A stretch of 63,819 nt of DNA, filler included, from Lama guanicoe (GCA_013239625.1; 99 parts of 99 records of this genome joined end to end with filler, not necessarily neighbours in it), one strand, 5' to 3'; numbered from the whole stretch's first letter, positions 12,337-24,271 are shown. Numbers and translations are program-made. Notes: generated by a model from the sequence alone, not told the origin.

Positions 12337-13793
12337 NNNNNNNNNNNNNNNNNNNNNNNNNNNNNNNNNNNNNNNNNNNNTTAATTAATTAANNNNNNNN
12401 NNNNNNNNNNNNNNNNNNNNNNNNNNNNNNNNNNNNAGATGACATTGCAAAAAATTGCTGCAAGTCAATTAATTTTCCTGTACTTTAATTTCCTTATTTC
12501 TAAAATGTTTGATTTTGCTTCAGCAACTTAGTGTCATAGTTGTTGGAATCACATGTGAATATACACTGAAAATTAGGATAATGATAAAAATTATTGTTGT
12601 TTCCAAAGTAATTGTGACAACATATTTTAAAACAATTTGCCTAAACACATCAATCTGTGAAAATAAATATTTAATATATTTTAAAAATAGGAGCCTCTTG
12701 AAACAGTGTGGGCTTAACTTGTCTTCTGTATATCTGCTTGTTCTATAGTCTATGATTGTAGATTTCAAATTTTTACAGTGCAGTACACAAAATTTACATT
12801 AAAAAATCAATAATCATCTGTTAACTAAATCCTTACTTGTGACTTCTAAGATAATTTATTAATAATTTAATGTTCATGACACATACAAAGAGGTGGATAG
12901 CTTACAAATTCTATTACATGGAATTCTAAAGTTCATGTACTACCAAGAAAATTATAAATATAGATTTGTATCTTATGTAACTGCTGCTCTGATAAAATTA
13001 GTTGGAAGAAAATTCAGAGCCTTGAGTTTTTAATTGTTATTATTTTTAATACTTATTTACTTCAATTTTAGCTAATGAAGAGTGGAAACCAACACACATT
13101 TAAGCCAGTAATTTCTACTTCTAGACAGAAACACATAGGAANNNNNNNNNNNNNNNNNNNNNNNNNNNNNNNNNNNNNNNNNNNNTTAATTAATTAANNN
13201 NNNNNNNNNNNNNNNNNNNNNNNNNNNNNNNNNNNNNNNNNCGTAACTCCATACACATATGAGTCTTCTTTGTTTATTTTTTCTCTACACAAACCCCTTG
13301 CCGCCTGCAGCTGAAGCCCGCTCTGTCTCTGTCCTTGACCTTAACCCTCTCAGATCTCCACACCGTTGTGGACAGCCGCTCTTGGGGCATCACCACCTGG
13401 GTGTTCCCAAGGCACTGGACGTTCTTCAGGTGTACAGTGGCAGTTCAGATCTACTCTAGCCATCTGTCTGCCCTACCAACCCATCATTGGTTCCTCATCC
13501 TGAATCCCACGTCCTGAGTTTGGATTTCATGGTGTATTGAGAGAGCCAAACATTTAAGGGGGTTCAAACGGTATCACTTTGCTCATACAAGTCTCGCCTG
13601 ATACATAGTTCTGTCGTGATCAAAAGATTCTACAAGTGGTCCAGAAGAGTATGTAGACTTTAAGGTCCTTCTGAGAGGAAGCCATCCAGGGGTNNNNNNN
13701 NNNNNNNNNNNNNNNNNNNNNNNNNNNNNNNNNNNNNTTAATTAATTAANNNNNNNNNNNNNNNNNNNNNNNNNNNNNNNNNNNNNNNNNNNN

Positions 13794-14302
13794 AAACACA
13801 GAATATAGAATATAGAATAGAGAAAATAAAACCCAGAATTTAAAACATGGAATGCAGAACACAGAATTTAAAGTATAGAATAGAGAATACTGTATATAGA
13901 TTTAGAATATAGAATGTAGAGCACAGAATATAGAATATAGAATACAGAATATAGAACACAGTATTTTGAACATGGAATGCAGAAAACAGAATTTAGAATA
14001 TAGTATACAGAATTCTGAATACACAATATAAAATATAGAATGAAGAACACAGAATATAGAATATAGATTACAGAATTAAGAATTTAGGATACAGACTATA
14101 GAATGTAGAAAACAAAATATAGAATGTAGAAAACAGAATATAGAATATTGAAAACTGAATGCACCATTTAGAATACAGAATATACAATGTAGAAATCAGA
14201 ATATAGAAAATGGAAAACAGAATACAGATGCCAGAATGTAGAACATGGAACGAAGAACACAGAATTCACAATATAGAATACAGAATACTGAATATAGAAT
14301 TT
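13794..14302. repeat. AGAATAT-heptamer satellite
   Basis: Heptamer units throughout. Confidence 0.95.
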
Positions 14303-14402
14303 NNNNNNNNNNNNNNNNNNNNNNNNNNNNNNNNNNNNNNNNNNNNTTAATTAATTAANNNNNNNNNNNNNNNNNNNNNNNNNNNNNNNNNNNNNNNNNN
14401 NN

Positions 14403-14592
14403 GGGGCAATTTTGCCTGCCCCCACCCCCCACCCTGGGGTGACATTTGACAGTATCTGGGGGCATTTTCAGTTATCACAACTGGGGGCATCTAGCAAGTA
14501 GAGGCCAGGGATCCTGCCATGCACAAGACAGCCACTCGCAACAGAGTTATCCAGCCCACGATGTCAGTAGTGCTGAAGTTGGGAAACCTGTT
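14403..14592. mobile_element. MER20 (hAT-Charlie) DNA transposon
   Basis: GGGGCAATTTTGCC..GACATTTG..TCACAACTGGGG..GTAGAGGCCAGGGAT..ATGTCAGTAGTGCTGAAGTTGGGAAACCTG. Confidence 0.85.
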
Positions 14593-15274
14593 CTAGGGTT
14601 TACAATGTAGACCTTCTACTTTTAAATAATATTATATCACCTCGTGTTTCATACAAGCAGCTTCCAGTGCTGTATTTCCATTCACCCCCTTCCTTTATGC
14701 TGTTTATGGGCATATATTTTACTTCCATATATATTATAAACCCCACAATACATTGTTACTGGTTTTGCTTTAAATAATCTATTAAGAAAATGAGGAAAAA
14801 ATATGTAGTTGTTATTCATATGTTTTCAGCACTCTTCATTCTTTGTGCAGATCCAAATTCCCAGTGACATCCTCTCAGCTTTTGTTTCTCTGAAAAACTG
14901 TATTTTGCCTCAATTTTTCAAGTGTATTTTAGCTTAGTATAGAATTCTTCATTGATAGTTTTAAAGATGTTGTAAAAGATACTCGTTCCATTGTTTTCTT
15001 ATTTGCATAGATTATAATAAAGCTGTTGTTCACTGATACAAGGCTTTAAAAATCTGTATACTTTAGACAGTATTTCTGGATTTCATTATTAAAAATAATA
15101 ACTTAAAATTTAATGCATTGTGCTTAGATTTTATAAACAGACTTTGTTCTTGTGTATTTTTCCTCTTTTTTCCCNNNNNNNNNNNNNNNNNNNNNNNNNN
15201 NNNNNNNNNNNNNNNNNNTTAATTAATTAANNNNNNNNNNNNNNNNNNNNNNNNNNNNNNNNNNNNNNNNNNNN

Positions 15275-15430
15275 TATTAGCCCCTTATTAGATGGATGGT
15301 ATGCTGCTCTTTTCTCCTGTTCTGCAGCTTTGTCTTTTGCTCTGTGGATCATTCCCTTTGCTGTGCTGTAGCTTTTTAGTCTGATACAATCCCACTTGTC
15401 TATTTTTGCTTTTGACGCTTGTGTTTTTTA
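15275..15430 (-). mobile_element. L1 ORF2 fragment
   Basis: TTTGCTGTGCTGTAGCTTTTTAGTCTGATACAATCCCACTTGTCTATTTTTGCTTTTG is typical antisense L1. Confidence 0.75.
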
Positions 15431-15514
15431 ATTCTACAGAAACAGTTAAATGTGGCACTTAGGAAAACAGTAGACCTTTTCCTTCAATGTTATTTATTTG
15501 TTTATTTGTGTTTA

Positions 15515-15740
15515 ATAATTATTTAGAAATTATTAGGAACCATGTACTTTTCTAAGCAATTTACATATATTAACTCACACAAAGATGATAACTGTATGTG
15601 GGGTGTGCATTTTATCCCTTTTTTCCAGATAGAAAAACTTGGATACATTGAGATTGAATGGTATACCAAGGAGTGGATTCAGACATGGAAGATTTTGCTG
15701 TAGAATCCACATATTTGAACCTTTTATCATGTTGCCTCCC
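15515..15740 (-). mobile_element. Degenerate MIR SINE
   Basis: TTACATATATTAACTCA..TTTTATCCCTTTTTTCCAGATAGAAAAACTTGG resembles the MIR core. Confidence 0.5.
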
Positions 15741-16294
15741 CACTGTGTTATCATTTGTTTAATCGAAAAATAATAAAATTGAAAAAAAACTGCATTAATG
15801 TATAAATGAATTAATGGTTAAATGAATAAATAAAACAGTAACATGATAATAAAGTATAAGACTTAAAGCTAATGTTTATGTTTTAAATTAATCAAATTAC
15901 TAGACTTGCCATGTAGAAAACTTTAAAGAGTAAGACTTAACTTTGGAAAATTAAATTTGCCAAAATATTCTTTAGATAAATACAAAAGAAATGATATTAT
16001 TTGCTTATTTTAAGAAATAAAACAACATCTCTATATTTCAGTTGGTTATTGATAAATAGTTGCTTTGTTTTAGAGGAAAAACCAATGTTGAGTTATAAGA
16101 TGATGTAATCCATTATGTTTTTATTATGATATCAGCCTAGAAGCAAACCCACAGNNNNNNNNNNNNNNNNNNNNNNNNNNNNNNNNNNNNNNNNNNNNTT
16201 AATTAATTAANNNNNNNNNNNNNNNNNNNNNNNNNNNNNNNNNNNNNNNNNNNNAAAAAAAAAAATGGCCTACTTGTTTCTTGAACTTCCTTTA

Positions 16295-16520
16295 AAATTT
16301 TTTTCTTGTGATGAGAATTTTAAGATCTACAATCTTAGCAACTTTAAAATATTCACTGCAGTGTTACTAGCTATAGTCACCATAGTGTATGTTACACCCT
16401 GAAACTTGTTTATTTCATAACTGGAAGTTTGTAACTTTTGACCCCCTGCATCCATTCTGACTGTCCTATCCTCCCCTCCCTGCCCCTGGCAAACAATAAT
16501 TTAATTTGTTCTCTATATCT
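16295..16520 (-). mobile_element. L1 3' end fragment (L1MA-type)
   Basis: GTGATGAGAATTTTAAGATCTAC..TTAGCAACTTT..CTATAGTCACCAT..ATAACTGGAAGTTTGTA. Confidence 0.7.
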
Positions 16521-16950
16521 AATGCTGCTGTGAACAAAAGGAAGAACAGCTTTTAGGCAAAAAGTAGAAAGTTAATTTTTGATATGCAGAATTTGAAGTG
16601 TTAGAAGCTTTTAAAATATAGATGACTTTGCTCCCATCTCATTAGGGTACTTAGAACATCGGTGAATCCTATATGTATCTATTAAGCAATAGTTGTAGCA
16701 ATAGTAAAAAGTGAGATAAAGTAAATACACTACCTTAGATTATCGTTAGACTCTTTTTTTTTGCCACCATTGTAATAGCAAAAGGATTTGCCTCTAAAAT
16801 TTTTGCCTCCTTTTTTGCCTTTTGGATAATTTTTTTTTCTGATGATCAATNNNNNNNNNNNNNNNNNNNNNNNNNNNNNNNNNNNNNNNNNNNNTTAATT
16901 AATTAANNNNNNNNNNNNNNNNNNNNNNNNNNNNNNNNNNNNNNNNNNNN

Positions 16951-17255
16951 ATCCACTAAATCAAAAACGTAGGGATGAGAAGCAGCACTCCAACACCAAA
17001 TGGAAGGGTTTTATGCAAGCAGAGGTCTGGGAGGTCTAAGTAAATTGCACAAGCAGGAGGCTCAGAAGCCCCTGGCACGTCCACTGAATGTTCCGTCTGT
17101 CACCACTCCTTTAACCAACCCCCACGGCCCCACCGGATAATCCTAATGACCGGTTTACAGAGGAAGAGACGATTCAGCCCTGGGTCACAGATGTTTCTGT
17201 GTGATACGCAGCCGCCAGTCTCAAGTGACCGTTGTGCTTCAGTCCTACTCACTAA
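16951..17255 (+). pseudogene. ERV-L (class III) pol remnant, tether/RNase H start
   Basis: Pieces KQHSNTKWKGFM, SKLHKQEAQKP and PNDRFTEEETIQPWVTDVSV*YA parallel ERV-L pol QQHSIIKWKWYI / SKLHEEVAQMP / PYDQLTEEEKTRAWFTDGSARYA. Frameshifted. Confidence 0.8.
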
Positions 17256-17417
17256 CGCCCCCGAGAGGNNNNNNNNNNNNNNNNNNNNNNNNNNNNNNNN
17301 NNNNNNNNNNNNTTAATTAATTAANNNNNNNNNNNNNNNNNNNNNNNNNNNNNNNNNNNNNNNNNNNNAGCCAAAGCACTAGACATGTTTCACGAAGCCC
17401 CATGAACCATGGAAGAC

Positions 17418-17873
17418 GTTGGCTGACTGAAAGAAAAATGCACAAGGTTGAGAGCTGTGAGTTTAAGTTTTCTAGGGTCTTACTGAAGACTATAGTCTGG
17501 GAGCTAGCCTCTCACACCGCTGCTCTCAAGCAGTAGGGGAGGAGTCAGTATATACATGATTTTTGGCTAAGGAATATGTGCAGCCAAGCATGCATCTCAG
17601 CAGAAGACTTCTGCTGGCCACAATGAACAGGGTGACTAATGATTTTAGGGCTTTTCTGTGTATGGGAAGATGCAAGAATCTGGGTTCACTAAAACTCTTC
17701 CTGGGATACACGTCTAACTACTTAAAGCCTGTATTTCCAAAGCCCACGGTGCCTCATCCTGGTTTTCATCCTGAGTTCCTTTCAGGAGGCGCTGTAGGTT
17801 GGTGATTGCAGTGGCTGCTGACCTGATCCTTGTGGAGCTGGAGGATGGGCAACAGTATTTTTTGTAGGTCTAC
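17418..17873 (-). mobile_element. ERV1 solo LTR (MER41-like), near full length
   Basis: Shares GCTTTTCT..TATGGGAAG.TGCAA..CTGGG.TCACT and CATCCTGAGTTCC with the LTR at 21018. The minus strand begins TGTAGAC. Confidence 0.7.
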
Positions 17874-17978
17874 ACAGCNNNNNNNNNNNNNNNNNNNNNN
17901 NNNNNNNNNNNNNNNNNNNNNNTTAATTAATTAANNNNNNNNNNNNNNNNNNNNNNNNNNNNNNNNNNNNNNNNNNNN

Positions 17979-18391
17979 CAGTGGTATTGGGTCATTATTA
18001 CTAAGCACTGTTGACGGTTGGACAATGGTCCCCCCGCCATGCTGGGACCTGCAGCCACGTGGAGCTGGCAAGGCCTGTCTCCCCTCCAGGGCTGATGTTC
18101 TTGTGCAGGTGGGGCTGTCCTGATCCCCTCCAGGGCTGCACTGCTGATGCCTCCTCACCCTTCACACACCCATCTCTGCCATCTGCTCACGTGCAAGGTC
18201 ATCTCATGGGCCCGTCCACTTGGCTTAGAAGGCTGGGGGCAGGGAAGGAGGGCAGCGTCCCAAGCCGATGTCTGCTCCCCATTCCTAGGGGAGAGGCCGG
18301 CTCCTGGGTCTCCTGGGTCCAGGGAAGTGAGGGCTGTAGGGTGCTGCGAGGGGTGCAGTGTCAACGTGGGCTCGGAGCTGGTGGCCTTCCT
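17979..18391 (-). other. TNS2: TNS2 3'UTR (partial)
   Basis: Directly follows the TGA and resembles the recalled mammalian TNS2 3'UTR (GATGACCTTGCACGTGAGCAGATGGCAGAGATGGGTGTGTGA). The last ~50 bp (17979-18030) look unrelated. Confidence 0.7.
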
Positions 18392-18771
18392 TCATTTTCT
18401 CTGGCCCAGTAGAACTTTGGTGATGAAGGTGACGATGGCACCTGCAGGCTGGTCTGGGTCAAGCTCTGCGAAGAGGTGACACACATTCTCCCAGGGGCTT
18501 CCTGGCTTCTTGGCCACGAAACCAAAGATCTTGGAGGTGGTCCCATCAGGGTTGGTCCATCTCCGGTCCTGAGGGTCAGTGCTGGAGAAGGTGATGCTGT
18601 TCACTGGATAATGGCGGCGAAAGAAGAGCTTCCTTTGGTTGTCCGTCAGCGTGATGCCCTGGGCTGAGACCTTAAAGTGGACAACGGCAGGTGTCGGGCG
18701 TGGGCTGCAGCTCAGAGCTGCAGAGCTGGCCCGTGCCACTGCCTGGGGGCCCGTCAGTGATTCGGTCTCGA
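18392..18771 (-). CDS. TNS2: Tensin-2 C-terminal PTB domain, 5'-partial and intronless (retrocopy or cDNA)
   Basis: Open frame [125 protein letters not shown] matches the TNS2 C-terminus. It runs off the contig edge at 18771. Confidence 0.95.
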
Positions 18772-18946
18772 NNNNNNNNNNNNNNNNNNNNNNNNNNNNN
18801 NNNNNNNNNNNNNNNTTAATTAATTAANNNNNNNNNNNNNNNNNNNNNNNNNNNNNNNNNNNNNNNNNNNNTAAAAAGTATCAACAACCTAATGCCAAAA
18901 ATTAGCAAATGTAGATTAAAGAATGAAGGCTGTCTCTTCTTTAAGG

Positions 18947-19095
18947 CAATACTTGTGAAACTTTAATATGCTCAGAAATCACTAGGGGATGCATTATAAA
19001 ATGCAGATTCTGATTCAAAGGTCTGGGGTAAAAACTGAGGTTGTACATTTCTAATAAATTCCCAAGTGATGCTGATGCTGATAAAAACTATGTGT
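18947..19095. mobile_element. MER5A (hAT-Charlie)
   Basis: AAACTTTAATATGC..AATCAC..AAAATGCAGATTCTGATTCA..GGTCTGGGGT..CATTTCTAATAAATTCCCAAGTGATGCTGATGCTG. Confidence 0.8.
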
Positions 19096-19480
19096 TGCTT
19101 AAGAAGGGATACCCACTATGCAGTCAAATCCTTTAGGATAGTGAATGGATTTACAAGTATACAGGACAGATGTATTTTGATCCAGAATCTAGGGAAAGAA
19201 AGCCAAATAAATGGGGTGTTGACTTACATGAGATGTTCATAGGGACCTCTGAAATGGCTGTCAGGTTGGAGTGGACACCAGGGTGCAGGGAGGATCTACA
19301 CATTGCCTGGAGAGGTGCAAAAAAAAAAATCTCAACTGCACAAATTTCAAGTACCCTTCTTGAAGTGGACCCTAACAATCNNNNNNNNNNNNNNNNNNNN
19401 NNNNNNNNNNNNNNNNNNNNNNNNTTAATTAATTAANNNNNNNNNNNNNNNNNNNNNNNNNNNNNNNNNNNNNNNNNNNN

Positions 19481-20382
19481 CCTCCCACATCCAGTGGTGA
19501 GCTAGGCAACAAGGAGAGGGTAACAGCTAGACATTCTCTTTCAGAGAGGGGGGCAATTCGAAGGGCACAGCAGTATTAGTCTATAAAAATAATGAAATAA
19601 AGAGAGGTGTGTGTTGTCAATTCCTTGATTAGGGCTCAGACTTCCTGCCTGGGACTTCTTCTCTGAAACTCTTATCTCCACCTTCTGACTACGGATTCTG
19701 TTCTCTGAGTCACCCTTCCTTTCCAAAAGAAACAATCTGTGTCGTGTGGTAGTTTTCTCTGCCTGCTCCCTGCCCACAGTCATTTGTGAGTCCAAGGCAT
19801 CTTTTTATTTTGTCCTTTTTTGATATTTCCAATTCAAGCTGGTACAATTTCTTCAAAAACATTTTGCCCGTTAATTTATAATCCACTTTATTAGACAAAA
19901 GCTATTCTCATATTTTAAGGTAAGTTCTTCTATATCTTCTGCTTCATGTGGGATTTCTGTGGGACAATGGCTTTAAGATTCCTAGGAGACCTATTGTTTA
20001 ATAGCTTCTGTTAGGCATGCCCTTAAATCTTTCTGAGGGACTCTGAAAAGGTTTGTGAAGCAATGCTCTAGATGTCTTTTCCTGAAGTCTTCTAGGATCT
20101 CACACGTCTACTCTGTATGGGATTTTTTACCTAGAAGCCATTTCTTAATTTTGGAATAGTGTTCTCTCTGGGGCATCTGGGAATGAAAACCAGTCTTCTG
20201 ATTTCATTTCAAAACCATGAAGTCCTGGTTCATTTTATTTCCTTGAAATTTTTCCCTAAAAATTTAACAGTTTAAAAAAAAATCTCATTTCTCTCCTCTT
20301 GCGTTTTCCTCTGGACAGCTATAAGCATAAGAGGCAAACTAGAACTCCAATATTCCGCCTCAGGTTTTTCTTATCGACATCA
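19481..20382. mobile_element. MaLR internal sequence (MLT1-int-like)
   Basis: GGGACAATGGCTTTAAGATTCCTAGGAGACCTATTGTTTA..GCCCTTAAATCTTTCTGAGG..GCCATTTCTTAATTT resembles recalled MLT1-int. Confidence 0.55.
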
Positions 20383-20482
20383 NNNNNNNNNNNNNNNNNN
20401 NNNNNNNNNNNNNNNNNNNNNNNNNNTTAATTAATTAANNNNNNNNNNNNNNNNNNNNNNNNNNNNNNNNNNNNNNNNNNNN

Positions 20483-20917
20483 TCTTTTGTCATAAATTAA
20501 TTGTCTATATGTGTGTGAGCTTATTTCTGGGGTCTCAGTTCTGCTCCACTGATATATATGTATGGTTTTCTTCCAGTATCATGCTGTTTTGGTTACTATA
20601 GCTTTGTAGTTTAATTTGAAATCAGAGAGTGTGACATCTTCAGCTCTGTCCTTTTTTCTTGGAATTGCTTCAGCTACTTAGTATCTTCTGTAGTTTCATA
20701 TAAATATTAGCATTTTTTTCCTGTTTCTTTGAAAAATGTTGTTGGAATTTTGATATAGATTATATTTAACCTGTGGATTGCTCTAGGTAGTATAGACATT
20801 TCGAACTGTTCCATTTCTTTGTGTCTTCGGTTTATTTCAGCAGTGTCTTATAGATTTTAGTGTACAGACCTTTCAGCAACTTGTTAAAATTTATTCCTAG
20901 GTATTTTATTTATCTGT
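20483..20917 (-). mobile_element. L1 ORF2 fragment
   Basis: Antisense L1 motifs TGTTTTGGTTACTATAGCTTTGTAGT..TTGAAATCAG and AAATTTATTCCTAGGTATTTT. Confidence 0.88.
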
Positions 20918-21017
20918 NNNNNNNNNNNNNNNNNNNNNNNNNNNNNNNNNNNNNNNNNNNNTTAATTAATTAANNNNNNNNNNNNNNNNNNNNNNNNNNN
21001 NNNNNNNNNNNNNNNNN

Positions 21018-21375
21018 TGCAACAAAGACCAGGTAGTTGGAACATCAAAAGATTACTGTTAATTAACAAAAACCAGGTATCTCAAGTTAAGGAATGTAGT
21101 GCTTTTCTACATATGGGAAGGTGCAAAGCTCTGGGCTCACTGAAATCATTCCTTTGATGTGCACCTTAGCCAGCTAGGGCCAGCATCCTGCTCTTTCCCA
21201 TCCTGAGTTCCCTCGGGGGCACGGTTGCGGGTGGCTGGGCTGCCTGCCTGTCTGCATCTTCTGTTCCTTCTGTTCACTGGGAGGGCGGGGGGAGGGCGTG
21301 GAAGTAGCAGCTGATGACTTGATGGCCACAGTATTCTTTGTTTACTGATAGGACTGGCAATATTTCTTGTTCACA
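21018..21375 (-). mobile_element. ERV1 LTR (MER41-like), 5' part
   Basis: The minus strand starts TGTGAACAAGAAATATTGCCAG; related to the LTR at 17418. Confidence 0.7.
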
Positions 21376-22717
21376 CTGATGACTTCATCTTAGTATCACA
21401 TTGCAGGACCTTCAAAAACATTTGCAACTGTTAGAAGGAATAGTCCTATATCAGAAAAATACCCACAAGCCTTCCTTTTCAGCAGGCATTGATTAGCATC
21501 CAGTTGTGATGATTTGAAAAGAAAAAAAGCTAGCTTATATATGTTTTCTTCAAAACTCACTGTGAACATGCCTCTCTTGCCTGCATCACATTATCTCTAC
21601 CCATCTTTTTTTNNNNNNNNNNNNNNNNNNNNNNNNNNNNNNNNNNNNNNNNNNNNTTAATTAATTAANNNNNNNNNNNNNNNNNNNNNNNNNNNNNNNN
21701 NNNNNNNNNNNNGTGAAAGATTTCAGTCTTGGGTACATTGAAATTACAGCTGCCTATTTCTTTCTGTGTTCCTTTTCTTTAAGAAAAAGAGTATCTTAAA
21801 ATCATTCATATACTGATTTTTAGGAGCTAAAAATCAGATAAAATCCAGAGAAATGCATTCCGCATACAACCACGACAAAGCCGCCGTCAGCACACGCAGA
21901 CACCGTGGTCGTGTGAGACTGGAAAGAAGAACATTTGAAACATGTTTGTTAACACTGTAATTCCTGATAATCTTTTGTCTTCAAACCACAGTGTGGTTAT
22001 TTCTTCAACACTAAATTCACTTCAGATTTCTGGAAAGGCCACTTTTAGTAAGAACTGAGATGTCAAATCCCGGGGCCGTGGTGATCTTAGATGTTGTTGT
22101 GACATCAATTTTTGCTTGGAAAATATCTGAAATCTGAGATTGTTCAGGGTAACAGTGGCTCTGTATGGCTGAGGAAAATAAAAATCCCCTGGTAACTTTT
22201 TTTATGTCCTGGTGTTCAAATTGTGTCACTTTACAGTAGCCTATTGTTTATTTAGAAATAAACTCAACATTGGAGTCAAAGAAATAAAAATCACCCAGAA
22301 ACTGCTTTTTCCCAAAGTTACAAAAGAATAGTTGTGTGAGAATCAAAACTGGGCTGAACCGGCCAATAACCCACATCCCGGGGATGATCAGGGTGTTCTG
22401 TGCACAAATGCACGTCTCTGTGGTGAGGGGAGGGTCCCCCAGGTGCGGGTCTGGTTCCCATGCCCCCTCCTGACTAAGCGTCCAGAAGGCATCGTCCTCC
22501 AGCTGAAGCCACGGAGCAGGAAGAGGGTCCAGTGCATGGACAGGCCCCAGCCGACTCCGCTCTGGCCACGCTCACTCAATAAGCCAAACACGCCTGTGCG
22601 TTTCAGCTGCTCCAAACNNNNNNNNNNNNNNNNNNNNNNNNNNNNNNNNNNNNNNNNNNNNTTAATTAATTAANNNNNNNNNNNNNNNNNNNNNNNNNNN
22701 NNNNNNNNNNNNNNNNN

Positions 22718-23188
22718 TCACACACGCAAATCTCTCAAAACTGAGCATGTGGAGAGATGTTCGTTCTTCTAGCACAAAGGGAACAGGTTGCAGGCGAAAT
22801 ACTCTGATTTCTCAGTCTGTTTCCTAGTGCCAGTTTGAAGTTCCTGCAGTTTTCACTATAAAAGCGAGTTGGAGCTTGTACCTCCCCATATATATGCAAG
22901 GAGTGGAGTCTGTAACTGAACAGAAACTTTGTGTTCCCAACAAGCTATGTGAAGGACGGCTTTCAAACACGCTTAACTCTCAAATCTGAGCATGTGGAGA
23001 GATGTTCGTTCTTCTAGCACAAAGGGAACAGGTTGCAGGCGAAATACTCTGATTTCTCAGTCTGTTTCCTAGTGCCGGTTTGAAGTTCCTGCAGTTTTCA
23101 CTATAAAAGCGAGTTGGAGCTTGTACCTCCCCATATATATGCAAGGAGTGGAGTCTGTAACTGAACAGAAACTTTGTGTTCCCAACAA
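22718..23188. repeat. 249-bp satellite family (245-bp variant)
   Basis: CTGAGCATGTGGAGAG at 22741 and 22986; the two monomers are almost identical. Confidence 0.95.
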
Positions 23189-23288
23189 NNNNNNNNNNNN
23201 NNNNNNNNNNNNNNNNNNNNNNNNNNNNNNNNTTAATTAATTAANNNNNNNNNNNNNNNNNNNNNNNNNNNNNNNNNNNNNNNNNNNN

Positions 23289-23870
23289 ATGTTGTTGACA
23301 AACTTCCTATCAGATTTTAATCAAAGTTCTTTTGACTCCAGCTAACTTTGGGATGCTTCAGAGGACCCCTGAAACATCTCAAAGGAAAATAGTAAACCGG
23401 CTAGGACTGGTTGGTATGTTAAATTACATGGCATTGTCAAATGAGTGAGAAGCCGCCTCAGACTTAATGGTACGGGTAAATGTTGTTAATATTGGCATTC
23501 TGGAAATTATATAAGGTTTCTGAAATTTAGACTTGTCCTGGTATAATGCTATCAGTGATAATTCTAGTTGTTCTGGATGTAATTCTAGTTCTAGCCTAGT
23601 TATCTTAATATGTCGTATGCCACAGCAACATGATTGAGATTCTTTGTCAAAAATGTTGTAACCAGATCATTAACCTTGTCTTTTAAAGTCTTGTCATTCA
23701 TAGACAGTTAAGCTGGTGCTTTGCAAAACTGCGTCATCTTTAATAAGATTCATAAAAAGGACTTTCTGACAAGTACAGGTTTCTTTTAAATCATACTGCC
23801 GAACTGCATAAGATATTTAAAGTCTAATGAAAACTCTGATTTCGTAAAAGTGTTAGTCAAAAGGCTTAAT
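23289..23870. mobile_element. ERV1 (MER4-group-like) non-coding internal fragment
   Basis: TTTGGGATGCTTCAGAGGACCCCTGAAACATC..GGTATGTTAAATTACATGG..GACAAGTACAGGTTTC resembles MER4-int-type sequence. Confidence 0.5.
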
Positions 23871-24085
23871 TTACTTTACTTTAAAGAAAAGTAGACTGGT
23901 ACCTGGCTACAAGTCTTCCCTAAAGAGCCAGGTCCAGACTGGTTTTCAGGCTTATTCTCCTGAATTCCTCTGGGAATGGGGAATGAGCTCTATTTTGTCT
24001 GTTAAAGTTCTGGTTGCCACTCCTCTACCTACTTCTAATTTGTTCTGGTGGCATCAAAAGGGCTGGGATCTTAATCATAACACCA

Positions 24086-24171
24086 TTTTTGGAGGGGTGG
24101 TGGTGGTAATTAAGTTTACTTATTGAGGAGGTGCTGGGGATTGAACCCAGGACCTCATGCATGCTAAGCAT
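24086..24171 (-). mobile_element. Camelid tRNA-Ala-derived SINE (vic-1 type), 3' half
   Basis: Minus strand reads ATGCTTAGCATGCATGAGGTCCTGGGTTCAATCCCCAGCACCTCC..AAACTTAATTACCACC..CCAAAAA. It has a tRNA-Ala-like arm, a B-box (GGTTCAATCC) and a SINE tail. Confidence 0.85.
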
Positions 24172-24271
24172 NNNNNNNNNNNNNNNNNNNNNNNNNNNNN
24201 NNNNNNNNNNNNNNNTTAATTAATTAANNNNNNNNNNNNNNNNNNNNNNNNNNNNNNNNNNNNNNNNNNNN

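Noticed and set aside
17979..17987. CAGTGGTAT matches part of the SMART cDNA adapter at the end of the TNS2 contig
   Set aside because: Only 9 bp match, and the following bases differ from the adapter (TGGGTC versus CAACGC).
22017..22229. Minus-strand acceptor-like TTTTATTTTCCTCAG followed by open frames
   Set aside because: No recognisable protein in any frame; not enough to call an exon.
24120..24171. tRNA-Ala gene
   Set aside because: The tRNA-like part is truncated by the contig end and followed by a SINE tail, so it is called as a SINE.
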